64,000 nt of DNA from Candidatus Velthaea sp. (GTDB taxonomy: Bacteria > Vulcanimicrobiota > Vulcanimicrobiia > Vulcanimicrobiales > Vulcanimicrobiaceae): contig JBEKHC010000011.1 of assembly GCA_050012475.1 (NCBI GenBank), forward strand, positions 18,193 through 82,192. Reading direction: 5' to 3'. The translations under genes were made by a program, and so were the position numbers. Within the stretch, counting starts at the first letter, position 1. The number at the start of each line of letters is the position of its first letter. This document shows, in pieces, positions 26,350 through 35,486 of this stretch. The notes beneath the pieces are model-generated. The model made no database searches, was not told the origin of the DNA, and saw only the letters and a program-made list of their open reading frames with translations.

Positions 26350-27525
26350 TCAACCCAGTTCGCGCGCTTGCGGGGCGCCGAACCAGAAGACGATACTGCT
26401 CGCGCAAACGACGGCCGCCGAAGCCGTCAGCGCGGCGTCCGTCCCGATTCGCGCGGCAACGATGCCCAAAAGCAGTGAGCCGACCGGAATTCCGCCGAGA
26501 AACGCCAGCGAAAAGATCGCGTTTGCGCGACCGCGCTGGGCATCGCCCGAGCATTCTTGGACGTAGGTGTTGGCCAGCGCGTACATCAAGGTGTCGATCG
26601 CGCCCATCGCGCCGAGGATCAGCAGCGCCGGCAACAGCGCGTGAACGTGCGTGAACAGCGCCAGCAGCGCGGCGCCGGCGAAGGACGCCAGCGGCACGAG
26701 CCGCCCTTTGCGGCGCACGTTTCCGGCCAGCGCGAGCCCCGTGCCGCCGACGATCGCACCCGCGCCGCCCGCCGCCGCCATGAGGCCGTAGAGCTGCGCA
26801 TCGGCCCCGAAACCGTTGCGCGCAATGTCGGGGAGCAGCGCGATGTAGGGCGTGACGCCGATCGTAAAGGTCGCGATGAAGAGCGAGAAGATGACGATCG
26901 CGCGGAGTTTGTCCGGTTGGGTGCGCGCGCCGCCGGCAATCGGCGGCGGCTGCGACTCGGCGCGCAGGACCAGCGCGAGCGCCGCGAGCGGAAGGGTGAG
27001 CAGCGCGTACGCGGCGTAGCCCGCGGCGATACCGATCGTCGCGATCGCGACGCCGCCGAGCGCCGGTCCCACGGTCCGGGCGATCGACCACTCCAGCGAC
27101 GACAGCGCGATCGAACTGCCCAGGTCGCGGCCGCCGACGAGATCGTAGAGCCAGGCACGATCGACGGGATGCTCGAGCGCGTTCATCGTGCCGGCCGCGA
27201 AGCCGAGCACGAGCAGCCACCAGACGCTGATCGCACCGGTCGCCACCAGAAACGCGGTGATCAGGGCGATGACCGCGATCAGGCCGTTGTTGACGGCAAC
27301 GATGGTGCGGCGGTCGAACCGATCCGCCAGATCGCCGCCGGCGAGCGAAAACAGCAAGAACGGAAGCTGCGTGACCGCCGCGACGGTGCCCAGCCAAAAC
27401 GGTGAGTTCGTGAGTTTGACGACCAGCCAGCCTTGCGCGATCGCCGCGATCCAGTAGCCGCCGTCCGACAGCGCCGCCGTGATCAGATATGCGAGAAAGC
27501 GGCGGTTTGAAAGTGCGGCGAGCAT
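26350..27525 (-). CDS. MFS transporter (MFS_3 / H+ antiporter-like)
   Basis: GGDLADRFDRR, ARTVGPALGG; about 12 TM. Confidence 0.85.
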   Translation of the reverse strand: MLAALSNRRFLAYLITAALSDGGYWIAAIAQGWLVVKLTNSPFWLGTVAAVTQLPFLLFSLAGGDLADRFDRRTIVAVNNGLIAVIALITAFLVATGAISVWWLLVLGFAAGTMNALEHPVDRAWLYDLVGGRDLGSSIALSSLEWSIARTVGPALGGVAIATIGIAAGYAAYALLTLPLAALALVLRAESQPPPIAGGARTQPDKLRAIVIFSLFIATFTIGVTPYIALLPDIARNGFGADAQLYGLMAAAGGAGAIVGGTGLALAGNVRRKGRLVPLASFAGAALLALFTHVHALLPALLILGAMGAIDTLMYALANTYVQECSGDAQRGRANAIFSLAFLGGIPVGSLLLGIVAARIGTDAALTASAAVVCASSIVFWFGAPQARELG

Positions 27526-27546
27526 TCGCTGAGGAATACCCGGTCA

Positions 27547-28065
27547 ATGGGCCGATTTATCTTCGGGGTCATCGTGACGCTGGCCGTGTTTGCGATTTGC
27601 GGATTTGCTGCGATTTGGTTCGGGATGGTTCCAGCGACGGCCGACGTTCCTCCGCCCGCGATGGAAAAATGGGCCGCGCACACCTCGCTGGACGCGACCA
27701 TCAGCCGCGATGCGCCCAAGCCGCCCTATCCGGTGGCTTCGTCCGATGCAGCGATCGTGGCCGGCGCCAAGCTGTACACGCAGCACTGCGCGATGTGCCA
27801 TGGTGCGGCGGAAAACAAACCGACGGTGCTGGCAAAAGGTCTCTACATCGAACCGCCGCAGTTCGCCAAACACGGCGTCGACGACGACCCCGTAGGCGAA
27901 ACGTATTGGAAGATCGAGCACGGCATCCGCTTCACCGCGATGCCGTCGTACAAGGGCAACCTCAGCGAAGAGCAGATCTGGCAGATCGCATACTTCTTGA
28001 AGAACCTGCCCGCCCACTTACCGCCCGAAGCGCAAACGGAGTGGCACAAGGCCGTGACCGAGTAG
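27547..28065 (+). CDS. Membrane-anchored monoheme cytochrome c
   Basis: N-terminal TM, CAMCH, GIRFTAMP. Confidence 0.88.
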   Translation: MGRFIFGVIVTLAVFAICGFAAIWFGMVPATADVPPPAMEKWAAHTSLDATISRDAPKPPYPVASSDAAIVAGAKLYTQHCAMCHGAAENKPTVLAKGLYIEPPQFAKHGVDDDPVGETYWKIEHGIRFTAMPSYKGNLSEEQIWQIAYFLKNLPAHLPPEAQTEWHKAVTE

Positions 28066-28079
28066 GTCCGCAAACGAAC

Positions 28080-28115
28080 GAAAAATCCCGAGCCGGGGCC
28101 GGTTCGGGATTTTTC
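28080..28115. terminator. Bidirectional intrinsic terminator
   Basis: AAAAATCCCGAGCCGG-GG-CCGGTTCGGGATTTTT between the convergent cyt c and ccsA genes. Confidence 0.8.
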
Positions 28116-28139
28116 ACGAAAGGCGCGAGGTTCGGCGGT

Positions 28140-29129
28140 TTACATCTTGTAGGAGTGCAAACCGCTGATGAAAATGTTGACGCCCAGGTAGCAGAAAACG
28201 ATCGAGATGAAGCCGATGACGCTCACCCACGCGGTGCGCGTTCCGCGCCAAGAACTGCGCGTGTGCAAGTGCATGTACGCCGCGTAAATGATCCACGAGG
28301 TGAGGGCGGCAGTCTCTTTGGGATCCCACTGCCAGTACGCGCCCCAGGCTTCTTTGGCCCACCATGCGCCGGTGATGATGCCGACTGTCAGCAGCGGCAG
28401 GCCGACCGCGACGATGCGATAGGTGAGAATATCGAGCTTCCCCAACGACGGCAAACCGGCGAGCCACAGCCCCCAGAAGTCGCCGCGTTCCGCGGCCGCG
28501 TCGATGTGCGGCGTGTCGCTCTTGATCGGCCCGACCGCTGACCGCGGAGCAGCATAGGCCGTCGAGAGCGTGACGCCGACGTTGCCGCCGGCTCCTGCCG
28601 CCGTAGCGCGCACCGCGGTCGTGCCGCCGAGCCGGTTCTCGAAACTCGCCTTGAGCAAATACACCAGCGAGACGACGAAAGCCACCATGAACGACGCGTA
28701 CGCCGCGATGACCAGCGGGACGTGAACCTTGATCCAATACGATTGCAGCGCCGGAACGGCCGGCATATAGCCTTCATTCCACGTCGTCGCATAGCCCAAG
28801 GTGATCGCGGCGATGCCCAGCACGCCGAAGCCGATGAACCACAGGTCGTAACGGAAAGCGAAGATCATGAAGATCAGCACCCCGAAAGCGCTGAAGAGCG
28901 ACAGCGAGCCGTACAGATTGGTGAGCGGCCAAACGCCGGTCATATTCCAGCGCGCGCCGAGTTCGGCAAACTGCGCGATGCATCCGATTGCCGCGAGCGG
29001 AATGCCGATCTGCTTGAGCAGTTTCGAGCGCGACAAGAAATAGCCGATCAACACCAGCGTCCCGGTGACGTACGCCGACAGTCCGGTCACGAGCAAGAGC
29101 TGATCGAGTGCCTGTTTGGATGGGTCCAT
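28140..29129 (-). CDS. ccsA: System II cytochrome c biogenesis protein CcsA/ResC
   Basis: LQSYWIKVHV; WWD domain WAKEAWGAYWQWDPKE; GLHSY. Confidence 0.95.
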   Translation of the reverse strand: MDPSKQALDQLLLVTGLSAYVTGTLVLIGYFLSRSKLLKQIGIPLAAIGCIAQFAELGARWNMTGVWPLTNLYGSLSLFSAFGVLIFMIFAFRYDLWFIGFGVLGIAAITLGYATTWNEGYMPAVPALQSYWIKVHVPLVIAAYASFMVAFVVSLVYLLKASFENRLGGTTAVRATAAGAGGNVGVTLSTAYAAPRSAVGPIKSDTPHIDAAAERGDFWGLWLAGLPSLGKLDILTYRIVAVGLPLLTVGIITGAWWAKEAWGAYWQWDPKETAALTSWIIYAAYMHLHTRSSWRGTRTAWVSVIGFISIVFCYLGVNIFISGLHSYKM

Positions 29130-29151
29130 GCGTTCGGATACTCCTTGGCTT

Positions 29152-29322
29152 CCGGCCTTCCGGCCGGTCCGCGATCGTCGATCGATTCGGTTGGTCGAAC
29201 CCGGGCGTCAGGCCGGGTTGCGATCTTCGATTGAGTCGACTTCGTTGAATGCGGGGCGGTCGGCCTTCGGCCGAGGTCGCGATCTTTGCTTGGTTCGATT
29301 CACCCGCGGCGAATCCGGGGTG
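29152..29322. repeat. Three imperfect tandem repeats of about 50 nt in the resB-ccsA spacer
   Basis: Units begin GGCCG..G..GCGATC at 29162, 29211 and 29269. CCGGCC-TTCC-GGCCGG and TCGGCC-TTC-GGCCGA hairpins are present. Confidence 0.6.
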
Positions 29323-29336
29323 AGAAAAGTCGGTGC

Positions 29337-30749
29337 CTACGCCGTTCCGAACGCGGGAGACGCCGTGCGCGTCCCGCGCGGACCGTCTTCGGAGCGTTTG
29401 AGCGCTTCGACCAGATCGGCGAAGTGCTCTTCGTAAATCGTATAGCCCTTGACCGTCGTGGCGGCGATACCGACGTTCCAGTTGTGGTCCGCGCCGCTGA
29501 TCTGGACGTAGAGGCGGGCCGGGAGAAAATAGAACGAGATGCACAGGCCCGCCAGCAGCACGAACGCTCCGACACCCACGAGGGGGATGCCCGGATCGTA
29601 GCGGTACTGGAAGCCGGAATAGAGCGTGTAGCGGTTAGCCGCCAAACGGTAGCCGCCGCCGAGATCGATGCTGCCGCCCAGCGGGATGAGCGCCCGGCCC
29701 ACGGCGCGGTCGCCGTCGAAAGCCGCGATGACGACCGCCGGATCGTTCGGCCGCGGATCCGCGGCGGGTTGGCCGGTGCGCCGATCGACGGTGCCGATGA
29801 ACTGCGCGTATTGGATCGCGCGGCTCGACGTGCCGATCGGGAACGCCTCGCCTTCCTTGAGCGGCGCCCGCGGCGAGGTCGCCACCAGCCGGCCGTTTTC
29901 GGTCAGCGTGAAATCGATCGCGTAGCCGTACGACGCTTGATAGTAATCGGTGCCGTCGATGTCCAGCGGGTGGTTGACGCGCAAAACCGCTTGGTGCGGC
30001 ACGCCGTCGCGGCCCTTGTAGACGACGTCGGACACGTAGTCGATCGGCTGAAAGACCGTCCCGCTCTTGGTCTGCACCGGATCGATCCGGTAGCCGAATT
30101 TTTGCAGCGTGATCTGGGCTTTGGTTTCAGGGATCGTGATCGACTGCCCGGAGATCACCGCGGTGGTGCCGCTGAAGCCCTTGGCCCAGTAGATCGACGT
30201 CCCGGCCGCGATGATGACGAACCCGGTGTGCGCGACGAGCACGCCGCGGCGCGCCCAGTTGTGCTTGTCGGCGAAGGTCCATTCGCTGCCGCCGATCTCG
30301 CGGCTGCGCACTTGCCAACCGCGCCCGCTGAAGAACGCCGCGACCCGGCTGCGCACGGCTTCTTCCTCGCCGCGAACGGCAACCGAGGCGTTCAGCGGGA
30401 TTTTATCGATCTTGACCGCGCGCAGCGGCGGCAGCCGAGCCGGAATCACGCGCCTGAACGTGCAGACGCCGAGCGAAACCAGAATGAGCCCGATGATCCC
30501 GACGTACGCCGCCGAGTGGTAAATGTTGTCGAGATCGAGCCGCAGCACCAGCCGGGCCAGCGGCGGCGCGTAGTTTTGCCAGTAGAAGCTGGGGTCTTTG
30601 CCTTGATCGACGATCACCCCGATGACCGTGAGCACGCCCCACACGGCGAACAGCGAAACGGCGAACAGCACGTTGGCGAACAGCGTGATGAATTCGTCGT
30701 AGGCTTCGGCGAAGGGATTGCTCCGGACGCCGGGAGTCGTGGCTGCCAT
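29337..30749 (-). CDS. resB: System II cytochrome c biogenesis protein ResB/Ccs1
   Basis: IGVIVDQ, IYHS, VAHTG (conserved His), VNHPL, YYQASYG, DPG. Confidence 0.92.
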   Translation of the reverse strand: MAATTPGVRSNPFAEAYDEFITLFANVLFAVSLFAVWGVLTVIGVIVDQGKDPSFYWQNYAPPLARLVLRLDLDNIYHSAAYVGIIGLILVSLGVCTFRRVIPARLPPLRAVKIDKIPLNASVAVRGEEEAVRSRVAAFFSGRGWQVRSREIGGSEWTFADKHNWARRGVLVAHTGFVIIAAGTSIYWAKGFSGTTAVISGQSITIPETKAQITLQKFGYRIDPVQTKSGTVFQPIDYVSDVVYKGRDGVPHQAVLRVNHPLDIDGTDYYQASYGYAIDFTLTENGRLVATSPRAPLKEGEAFPIGTSSRAIQYAQFIGTVDRRTGQPAADPRPNDPAVVIAAFDGDRAVGRALIPLGGSIDLGGGYRLAANRYTLYSGFQYRYDPGIPLVGVGAFVLLAGLCISFYFLPARLYVQISGADHNWNVGIAATTVKGYTIYEEHFADLVEALKRSEDGPRGTRTASPAFGTA

Positions 30750-30762
30750 CAACTGCTCAAAA

Positions 30763-31551
30763 TTACGCGAATGCGGCTTCGCGCTTCCATGACTTCTCGA
30801 GCAGGACGATCACCCAAATCGAGATTTCATAGAGCACGTACATCGGCGCAGCGATCAGGAGCATCGTCGTGGGCGAGGCGTCCGGCGCGAGGATGCCGCC
30901 GGCGCAGAGGATCCCAAACGCGGCGTAGCGCCGGTACTTGCGCAGCATCCCCACGTTGATGAGGCCGATGCGGGCCAGCAGCACCATGACGACCGGGGTC
31001 TGAAAAACGAGCGCGAAGGCGAGCAGCAGGATCAAGATCAAATTCATCGTCGATTCGATGCCGAACGTCTGCTCGGCAACTTGATTGGTGATCATCAGCA
31101 GCGCCGCGGTCACTTTCGGAATGACGAGGTAGTGCGCGAAGGCGATCCCGGCCAAGCCCAACACCAGCGACGGCGTCACGTACGCGTACACCATGCGCCG
31201 CGTTCGAGGGTGAAACGCCGGCACGATGAACATCCAGATTTGATAGAGGATGACGGGTAAGCCCAGTACGATCGCGGCGTAGATCGAAAACTTGAACTCG
31301 ACGATGATGACTTCCGCCGGCCCGAACGCGTGCAGGCGGATATTCGGAAAATACAGGTGCGTCATCCACGGGATGATGTACTGCGAGGGCCAGAACAGCA
31401 CGGCGGCCAGGACGCCCACGGTCGCCAGCGAGACGACCATCCGGTTCCGGAGTTCACGGAGATGCTCCGTGAACGGCATCTCTTTTTGGTCCCACTCGGG
31501 CACGCTAACGGACTGCGTTTCGCCGTCGCTCGAGCGCCCCTCGGCGGCCAT
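30763..31551 (-). CDS. tatC: Twin-arginine translocase subunit TatC
   Basis: EHLRELRNR, YQIWMFIVP, FQTP, LYEISI. Confidence 0.95.
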   Translation of the reverse strand: MAAEGRSSDGETQSVSVPEWDQKEMPFTEHLRELRNRMVVSLATVGVLAAVLFWPSQYIIPWMTHLYFPNIRLHAFGPAEVIIVEFKFSIYAAIVLGLPVILYQIWMFIVPAFHPRTRRMVYAYVTPSLVLGLAGIAFAHYLVIPKVTAALLMITNQVAEQTFGIESTMNLILILLLAFALVFQTPVVMVLLARIGLINVGMLRKYRRYAAFGILCAGGILAPDASPTTMLLIAAPMYVLYEISIWVIVLLEKSWKREAAFA

Positions 31552-31560
31552 GCTCGGACG

Positions 31561-31851
31561 TCAGAGCGGATGCGCCGATGTGGTACCGGTCGTGCCGGGC
31601 CCCGCCTCGGGAGCGCTGGCGGCTGCCGCAGCGTTGGCTTCGGCGCGCTTGCGCGCGTCGGCCCGGGCATTTTCGGCCGCGATATCGGCTTCCGCCTGGC
31701 CGACGAGGAATTCTTTCTTCGCTTGACCGGCGCTGCGGGCAAGTTTCGGCAGTTTGTCGGCGCCGAAGATCAGAACGCCGCCGGCCACGACGAGGATGAT
31801 CCAGGTCTCGGGACCCAGGAAGGCGAGGACGGGGACGAGCGATTGTACCAT
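31561..31851 (-). CDS. tatA: Twin-arginine translocase subunit TatA
   Basis: LGPE...IFGADKLPKLARSAGQAKKEF. Confidence 0.92.
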   Translation of the reverse strand: MVQSLVPVLAFLGPETWIILVVAGGVLIFGADKLPKLARSAGQAKKEFLVGQAEADIAAENARADARKRAEANAAAAASAPEAGPGTTGTTSAHPL

Positions 31852-31880
31852 GTGGTGCGAGGCCTCCGAGTGGCGAGCCG

Positions 31881-32846
31881 CTAGCTTTTGAGCAGGGCGT
31901 CCGCGATGGCAACGAATTCTGCGCGGGCTGGGACGTTCCCGAGAGGGGCCAGCGACATCTTCGCTCGCTCCAAGTATTCAGCGATGGCGAGCTTCGTCTT
32001 CACGAACCCGCCGTGAGCCCCGATCCCCCGAACGATACCCGAAATCCGTTCCAGCGTTTCGTCGTCTTCGGCATAGAAGCGTTCCACGTCTGCGCGAAAC
32101 TCGCGATTGGCCCCGTCGAGCGCCAAGATGACGGGGATCGTCATCTTTTTTTCCCGCAGATCGTTGCCGACCGGTTTGCCCAGCGCCGACTCTTGACCGG
32201 TCATGTCGAGCAGATCGTCCTGCATCTGGAACGCGATGCCGTAGTAGAGGCCAAAATCGTGGACCGCACTCACCGCGATCGCGGCGCCGCCGCCCATGAT
32301 CCCGCCGCACTCGCAGGAGGCGGCGAAGAGCCGAGCCGTTTTCTTGGTCGCGACCTCGACGTACGCCGAGAGGCGAAGATTGAGATCGCCCAGCGCCCGC
32401 AGCTGGAGCACCTCGCCATCGGTGATGTCGGCGAGCGTCGAACTGAGAATATGCGGCACCGGGTGCGGATAGCCCGCGGTGACATTCTTGAAGATCCAGG
32501 CGAAGAGGTAATCGCCCGCCAGGACGCTGATGCGGTTGCCGAAATCGACCGCAGTCGCATTGACCCCGCGACGCGTGTCCGCTTGGTCGACCACATCGTC
32601 GTGGATCAAGGTGGCGACGTGGATGAGCTCCATGTACGCAGCGAGCGGAAGGTGATCGGCGGCGCGCGCCCCCATCGCCTCGGCGGCGAGCAGCGTGAAC
32701 CGCGGTCGAAGCCGTTTTCCCCCGGCCGCGAGCATGCGGCGCACCGCTTCGGTGATGAGTTCGTTGCCGGTCGAGAACGAGTTGCGGAAGAAATCCTCGA
32801 CCAGGCTGTACAAGTCGCGATCGCCGGCCGGCCGCTTTTGGAGCAT
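31881..32846 (-). CDS. Polyprenyl diphosphate synthase (menaquinone side chain)
   Basis: GGKRLRP, LIHDDVVD...RRG, FQMQDDLLD, GKPVGNDL. Confidence 0.93.
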   Translation of the reverse strand: MLQKRPAGDRDLYSLVEDFFRNSFSTGNELITEAVRRMLAAGGKRLRPRFTLLAAEAMGARAADHLPLAAYMELIHVATLIHDDVVDQADTRRGVNATAVDFGNRISVLAGDYLFAWIFKNVTAGYPHPVPHILSSTLADITDGEVLQLRALGDLNLRLSAYVEVATKKTARLFAASCECGGIMGGGAAIAVSAVHDFGLYYGIAFQMQDDLLDMTGQESALGKPVGNDLREKKMTIPVILALDGANREFRADVERFYAEDDETLERISGIVRGIGAHGGFVKTKLAIAEYLERAKMSLAPLGNVPARAEFVAIADALLKS

Positions 32847-33541
32847 CAGGCGACCCCGAGATGGATCGCGACGGCCCCGCCGGCGAGCCGGATGTAGCGG
32901 ACGCCGGTAAAGCCCGCGGTGCGGAACCGGTCGGCGAGCCCGTCCGCGTCGGGGTAGTTGGTGAGCGAGTTGGGCAGGTAGCGATAGGCCGACTTGGAGC
33001 CGCCGAAAAGTCCGCCGATGACCGGAACCAGCCCGTAGAAGTACAGGTTGAAAAGCCGGCGGAACAGCGGGTTGGGCGCCTTGGAGACGTCGAGGTTCAC
33101 GAACCGGGCGCCCGGTTTGAGCACCCGGCGGGCCTCGCGCAGCGTGGCGACGATGTCGACGACGTTGCGCATCGAGAAGCCCATCGTGGCGCCGTCGAAC
33201 GAGTCGCTGGGATAGGGCAGCGCCATGACGTCGGCTTCGACGAACGCGGCCCGGGCGCGAGCATCCTCGCGCTTCGCCCGCACGCGCGCGCCGGCCAGCA
33301 TGGGCGCGCAGAAGTCGGCGCCGACCACGGTAGCGCGCGGTGCGCTGCGCAAAAGATGGAAGACCAAATCACCGGTGCCGCAGCACAGGTCAAGCAAACG
33401 GGCTTCGTCCGGAGCGTGTAGCTCCGCGATCGCCCGCTTGCGCCAAGCCTCGTCGACGCCCGCGGTAAGTAGTCGATTCGTCGCGTCGTAACGCGGCGCG
33501 ATTGCCGCGAACATTTCGCGAACATATAAAGCTTTGTCCAT
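32846..33541 (-). CDS. menG: Demethylmenaquinone methyltransferase UbiE/MenG
   Basis: MFAAIAPRYD, LDLCCGTGD, RVLKPG, AYRYL. Confidence 0.92.
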   Translation of the reverse strand: MDKALYVREMFAAIAPRYDATNRLLTAGVDEAWRKRAIAELHAPDEARLLDLCCGTGDLVFHLLRSAPRATVVGADFCAPMLAGARVRAKREDARARAAFVEADVMALPYPSDSFDGATMGFSMRNVVDIVATLREARRVLKPGARFVNLDVSKAPNPLFRRLFNLYFYGLVPVIGGLFGGSKSAYRYLPNSLTNYPDADGLADRFRTAGFTGVRYIRLAGGAVAIHLGVA

Positions 33542-33609
33542 CTTTGGCTGCGACCGGGTGGCTTCGCCGTCGCCCGTCCTCTTTCTTTGACCCGTCGAGT
33601 GAGTGATGG

Positions 33610-34515
33610 GTGCCCGTGACCATCGCGATCTCGTCCGTCGCCGCCTTCGCCGAGGGTGTCGCGGCTGCCCGGAGCGTCGATTTCGCCGCGTACACGCTCC
33701 ATGCCGGGCGGGTGCGCGACGCGCTCGTCACCGCTGCGCGGGCCGGCGCGCAAGTTCGGGTGCGGCTCGAGCGGGCGCCGCTCGACGATGCCGACGGGAC
33801 GCTGGCGGCCGAAAACGGCGCCGCGGTCGGCCTGCTGAGGCAAGCCGGCGCCGACGCCGCGCTGACCGCGCCCGGCGCACCGTTGGCGCATCTGAAGGCT
33901 GCGCTCGTCGACGGCGTCGGCTGGCTCGACGACCGGAACTGGAGCGCGGACGCGAGCGAAACGGTCGTGCGCGACTCCGATGCCGCCGACGTGGCGGCGC
34001 TGCGGGAGGCGCTAGACGGTCGGGGTTCGAGCGCCGGCGGTGCACTGCAGACGACCAAGGGCCAAGCCGCGGCGGCGGAAGCTGGGCTCGTTCGGGCAGC
34101 CGGCGCCGGGCCGCTGGCGGTCGAAACGGAGTCGTTTGGAACCGGTGCCGTCTACGCCGCGCTGCTTGCCCGCGGACGAGCCGGACTGCCGGTGCGGCTG
34201 CTCGTCGCCGGCCGCGAAGCCCGGCAGCCGGGAAGCGCCGGCGACCGCGAACGCCGCTGTCTGGCCCGCCTGGCCGGGCTGGGCGTTGAAATCCGGGTCG
34301 GGGCGGCTGCCGGAGCGGACGTCTCCGAGAAGCTGGCGGTCGCCCCGGACGCTGCCTGGATCGGATCCGCCAACGCGACCTATGCCGGCGGGCAGGCGGG
34401 GCGGCAAGCCGACTGGGGGCTGGCGACGCGCGACGGGGAGCTCGTCGACCGTCTGCGCGCGGCCTTCGAGGCCAATTGGCAGCGGTCCAGCACGGAAGGG
34501 CGATCCGCCGGCTAA
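33610..34515 (+). CDS. Phospholipase D superfamily protein with one intact and one degenerate HKD motif
   Basis: HLKAALVD; SEKLAVAPD...IGSANAT; FEANW. Confidence 0.7.
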   Translation: MPVTIAISSVAAFAEGVAAARSVDFAAYTLHAGRVRDALVTAARAGAQVRVRLERAPLDDADGTLAAENGAAVGLLRQAGADAALTAPGAPLAHLKAALVDGVGWLDDRNWSADASETVVRDSDAADVAALREALDGRGSSAGGALQTTKGQAAAAEAGLVRAAGAGPLAVETESFGTGAVYAALLARGRAGLPVRLLVAGREARQPGSAGDRERRCLARLAGLGVEIRVGAAAGADVSEKLAVAPDAAWIGSANATYAGGQAGRQADWGLATRDGELVDRLRAAFEANWQRSSTEGRSAG

Positions 34516-34644
34516 GGGTCTTCGTCGAAGCGGAGCCGCCGGTATTGCAGGTGGGCGTTCAGAAGCGAACAGCCGGCGTGGTTGTTTCGCTGTGCGCAGC
34601 GGAGGTTCGCGCCTCGCAGCGGGAGCGTGCCGGGCTGCGTGCGG

Positions 34645-35421
34645 CTATCCCAGCGCAAAGAGCGCGCTTGCGTTGGCGCTCGTGACGGCATCCACCTCGT
34701 CGGGCTCGCGGCCCAGGATCGCGGCGACGCGGAGCAAGGTTTGGGTCATGAACGCGGGTTCGTTGCGCTTGCCGCGATGCGGGATCGGCGCGAGATAGGG
34801 ACAGTCGGTCTCGAGCAGGAGCGAGTCGAGGCCGACGCTGCGAACCGCGTCGCGCAGCCCCTCGGCGGTCTTGAATGTCACCACGCCGCCGATGCCCAAG
34901 CGCAGGCCGAACTCGTCGATGAACGTATGCGCCTGGACGGCGTCGCCGCTGAAGCAGTGGATCACTCCGCGCATCCGGGCGGGGTCGAAATGTTCGCGCA
35001 GCACGGCGAGGAAATCGGCGAACGCGTCGCGCTGGTGAAAGACGACGGGCAAGCCGTGCGCGCGGGCGTAGTCGAGTTGAGCGATGAGGACACGGCGCTG
35101 ATCGGCGGGTGGACTGTGCTCGTAATAGTAGTCCAAACCGGTTTCGCCGATCGCGACGACACGCTCGCCGCCTTGTGCTGCGCGCAGCGCGTCAAAGGCC
35201 GGTCCGACTGCCGGCGGCGCGTCTTTCGCCTCGTGCGGGTGGATGCCGATCGAGGCCAACAAGTCGTATTTCCCGGCGGTTTCTAAGGCCCGTCGGCTAT
35301 CCTCGAGGTCGGTTCCGATCGTGACGATCGTTGCGACCCCCGCCTCGCGAGCGCGTTCGAGCATCGCGGCGCGGTCGGGATCGTATCTTGCGTCGTGGAT
35401 ATGAGCGTGCGAATCGATCAT
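34645..35421 (-). CDS. tatD: TatD family hydrolase
   Basis: IDSHAH, GIHPH, IGETGLDY, LETDCPY. Confidence 0.95.
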   Translation of the reverse strand: MIDSHAHIHDARYDPDRAAMLERAREAGVATIVTIGTDLEDSRRALETAGKYDLLASIGIHPHEAKDAPPAVGPAFDALRAAQGGERVVAIGETGLDYYYEHSPPADQRRVLIAQLDYARAHGLPVVFHQRDAFADFLAVLREHFDPARMRGVIHCFSGDAVQAHTFIDEFGLRLGIGGVVTFKTAEGLRDAVRSVGLDSLLLETDCPYLAPIPHRGKRNEPAFMTQTLLRVAAILGREPDEVDAVTSANASALFALG

Positions 35422-35486
35422 CGTTGCGCGAGGGTTCCGGAACGTGTCCGCGCTGCCCCGTCTGGTACCGCATGCTTGGGTAGGGA

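Noticed and set aside
24797..27547. 916-aa SelO fusion or selenocysteine recoding
   Set aside because: The extension overlaps the MFS gene out of frame; the C-terminus is SCSS followed by TAA, so there is no Sec.
34516..34644. Further copy of the REP-like family
   Set aside because: It has a hairpin (AGCGAACAGCC/GGTTGTTTCGCT) and a short match to 5614-5632, but is too divergent to assign.
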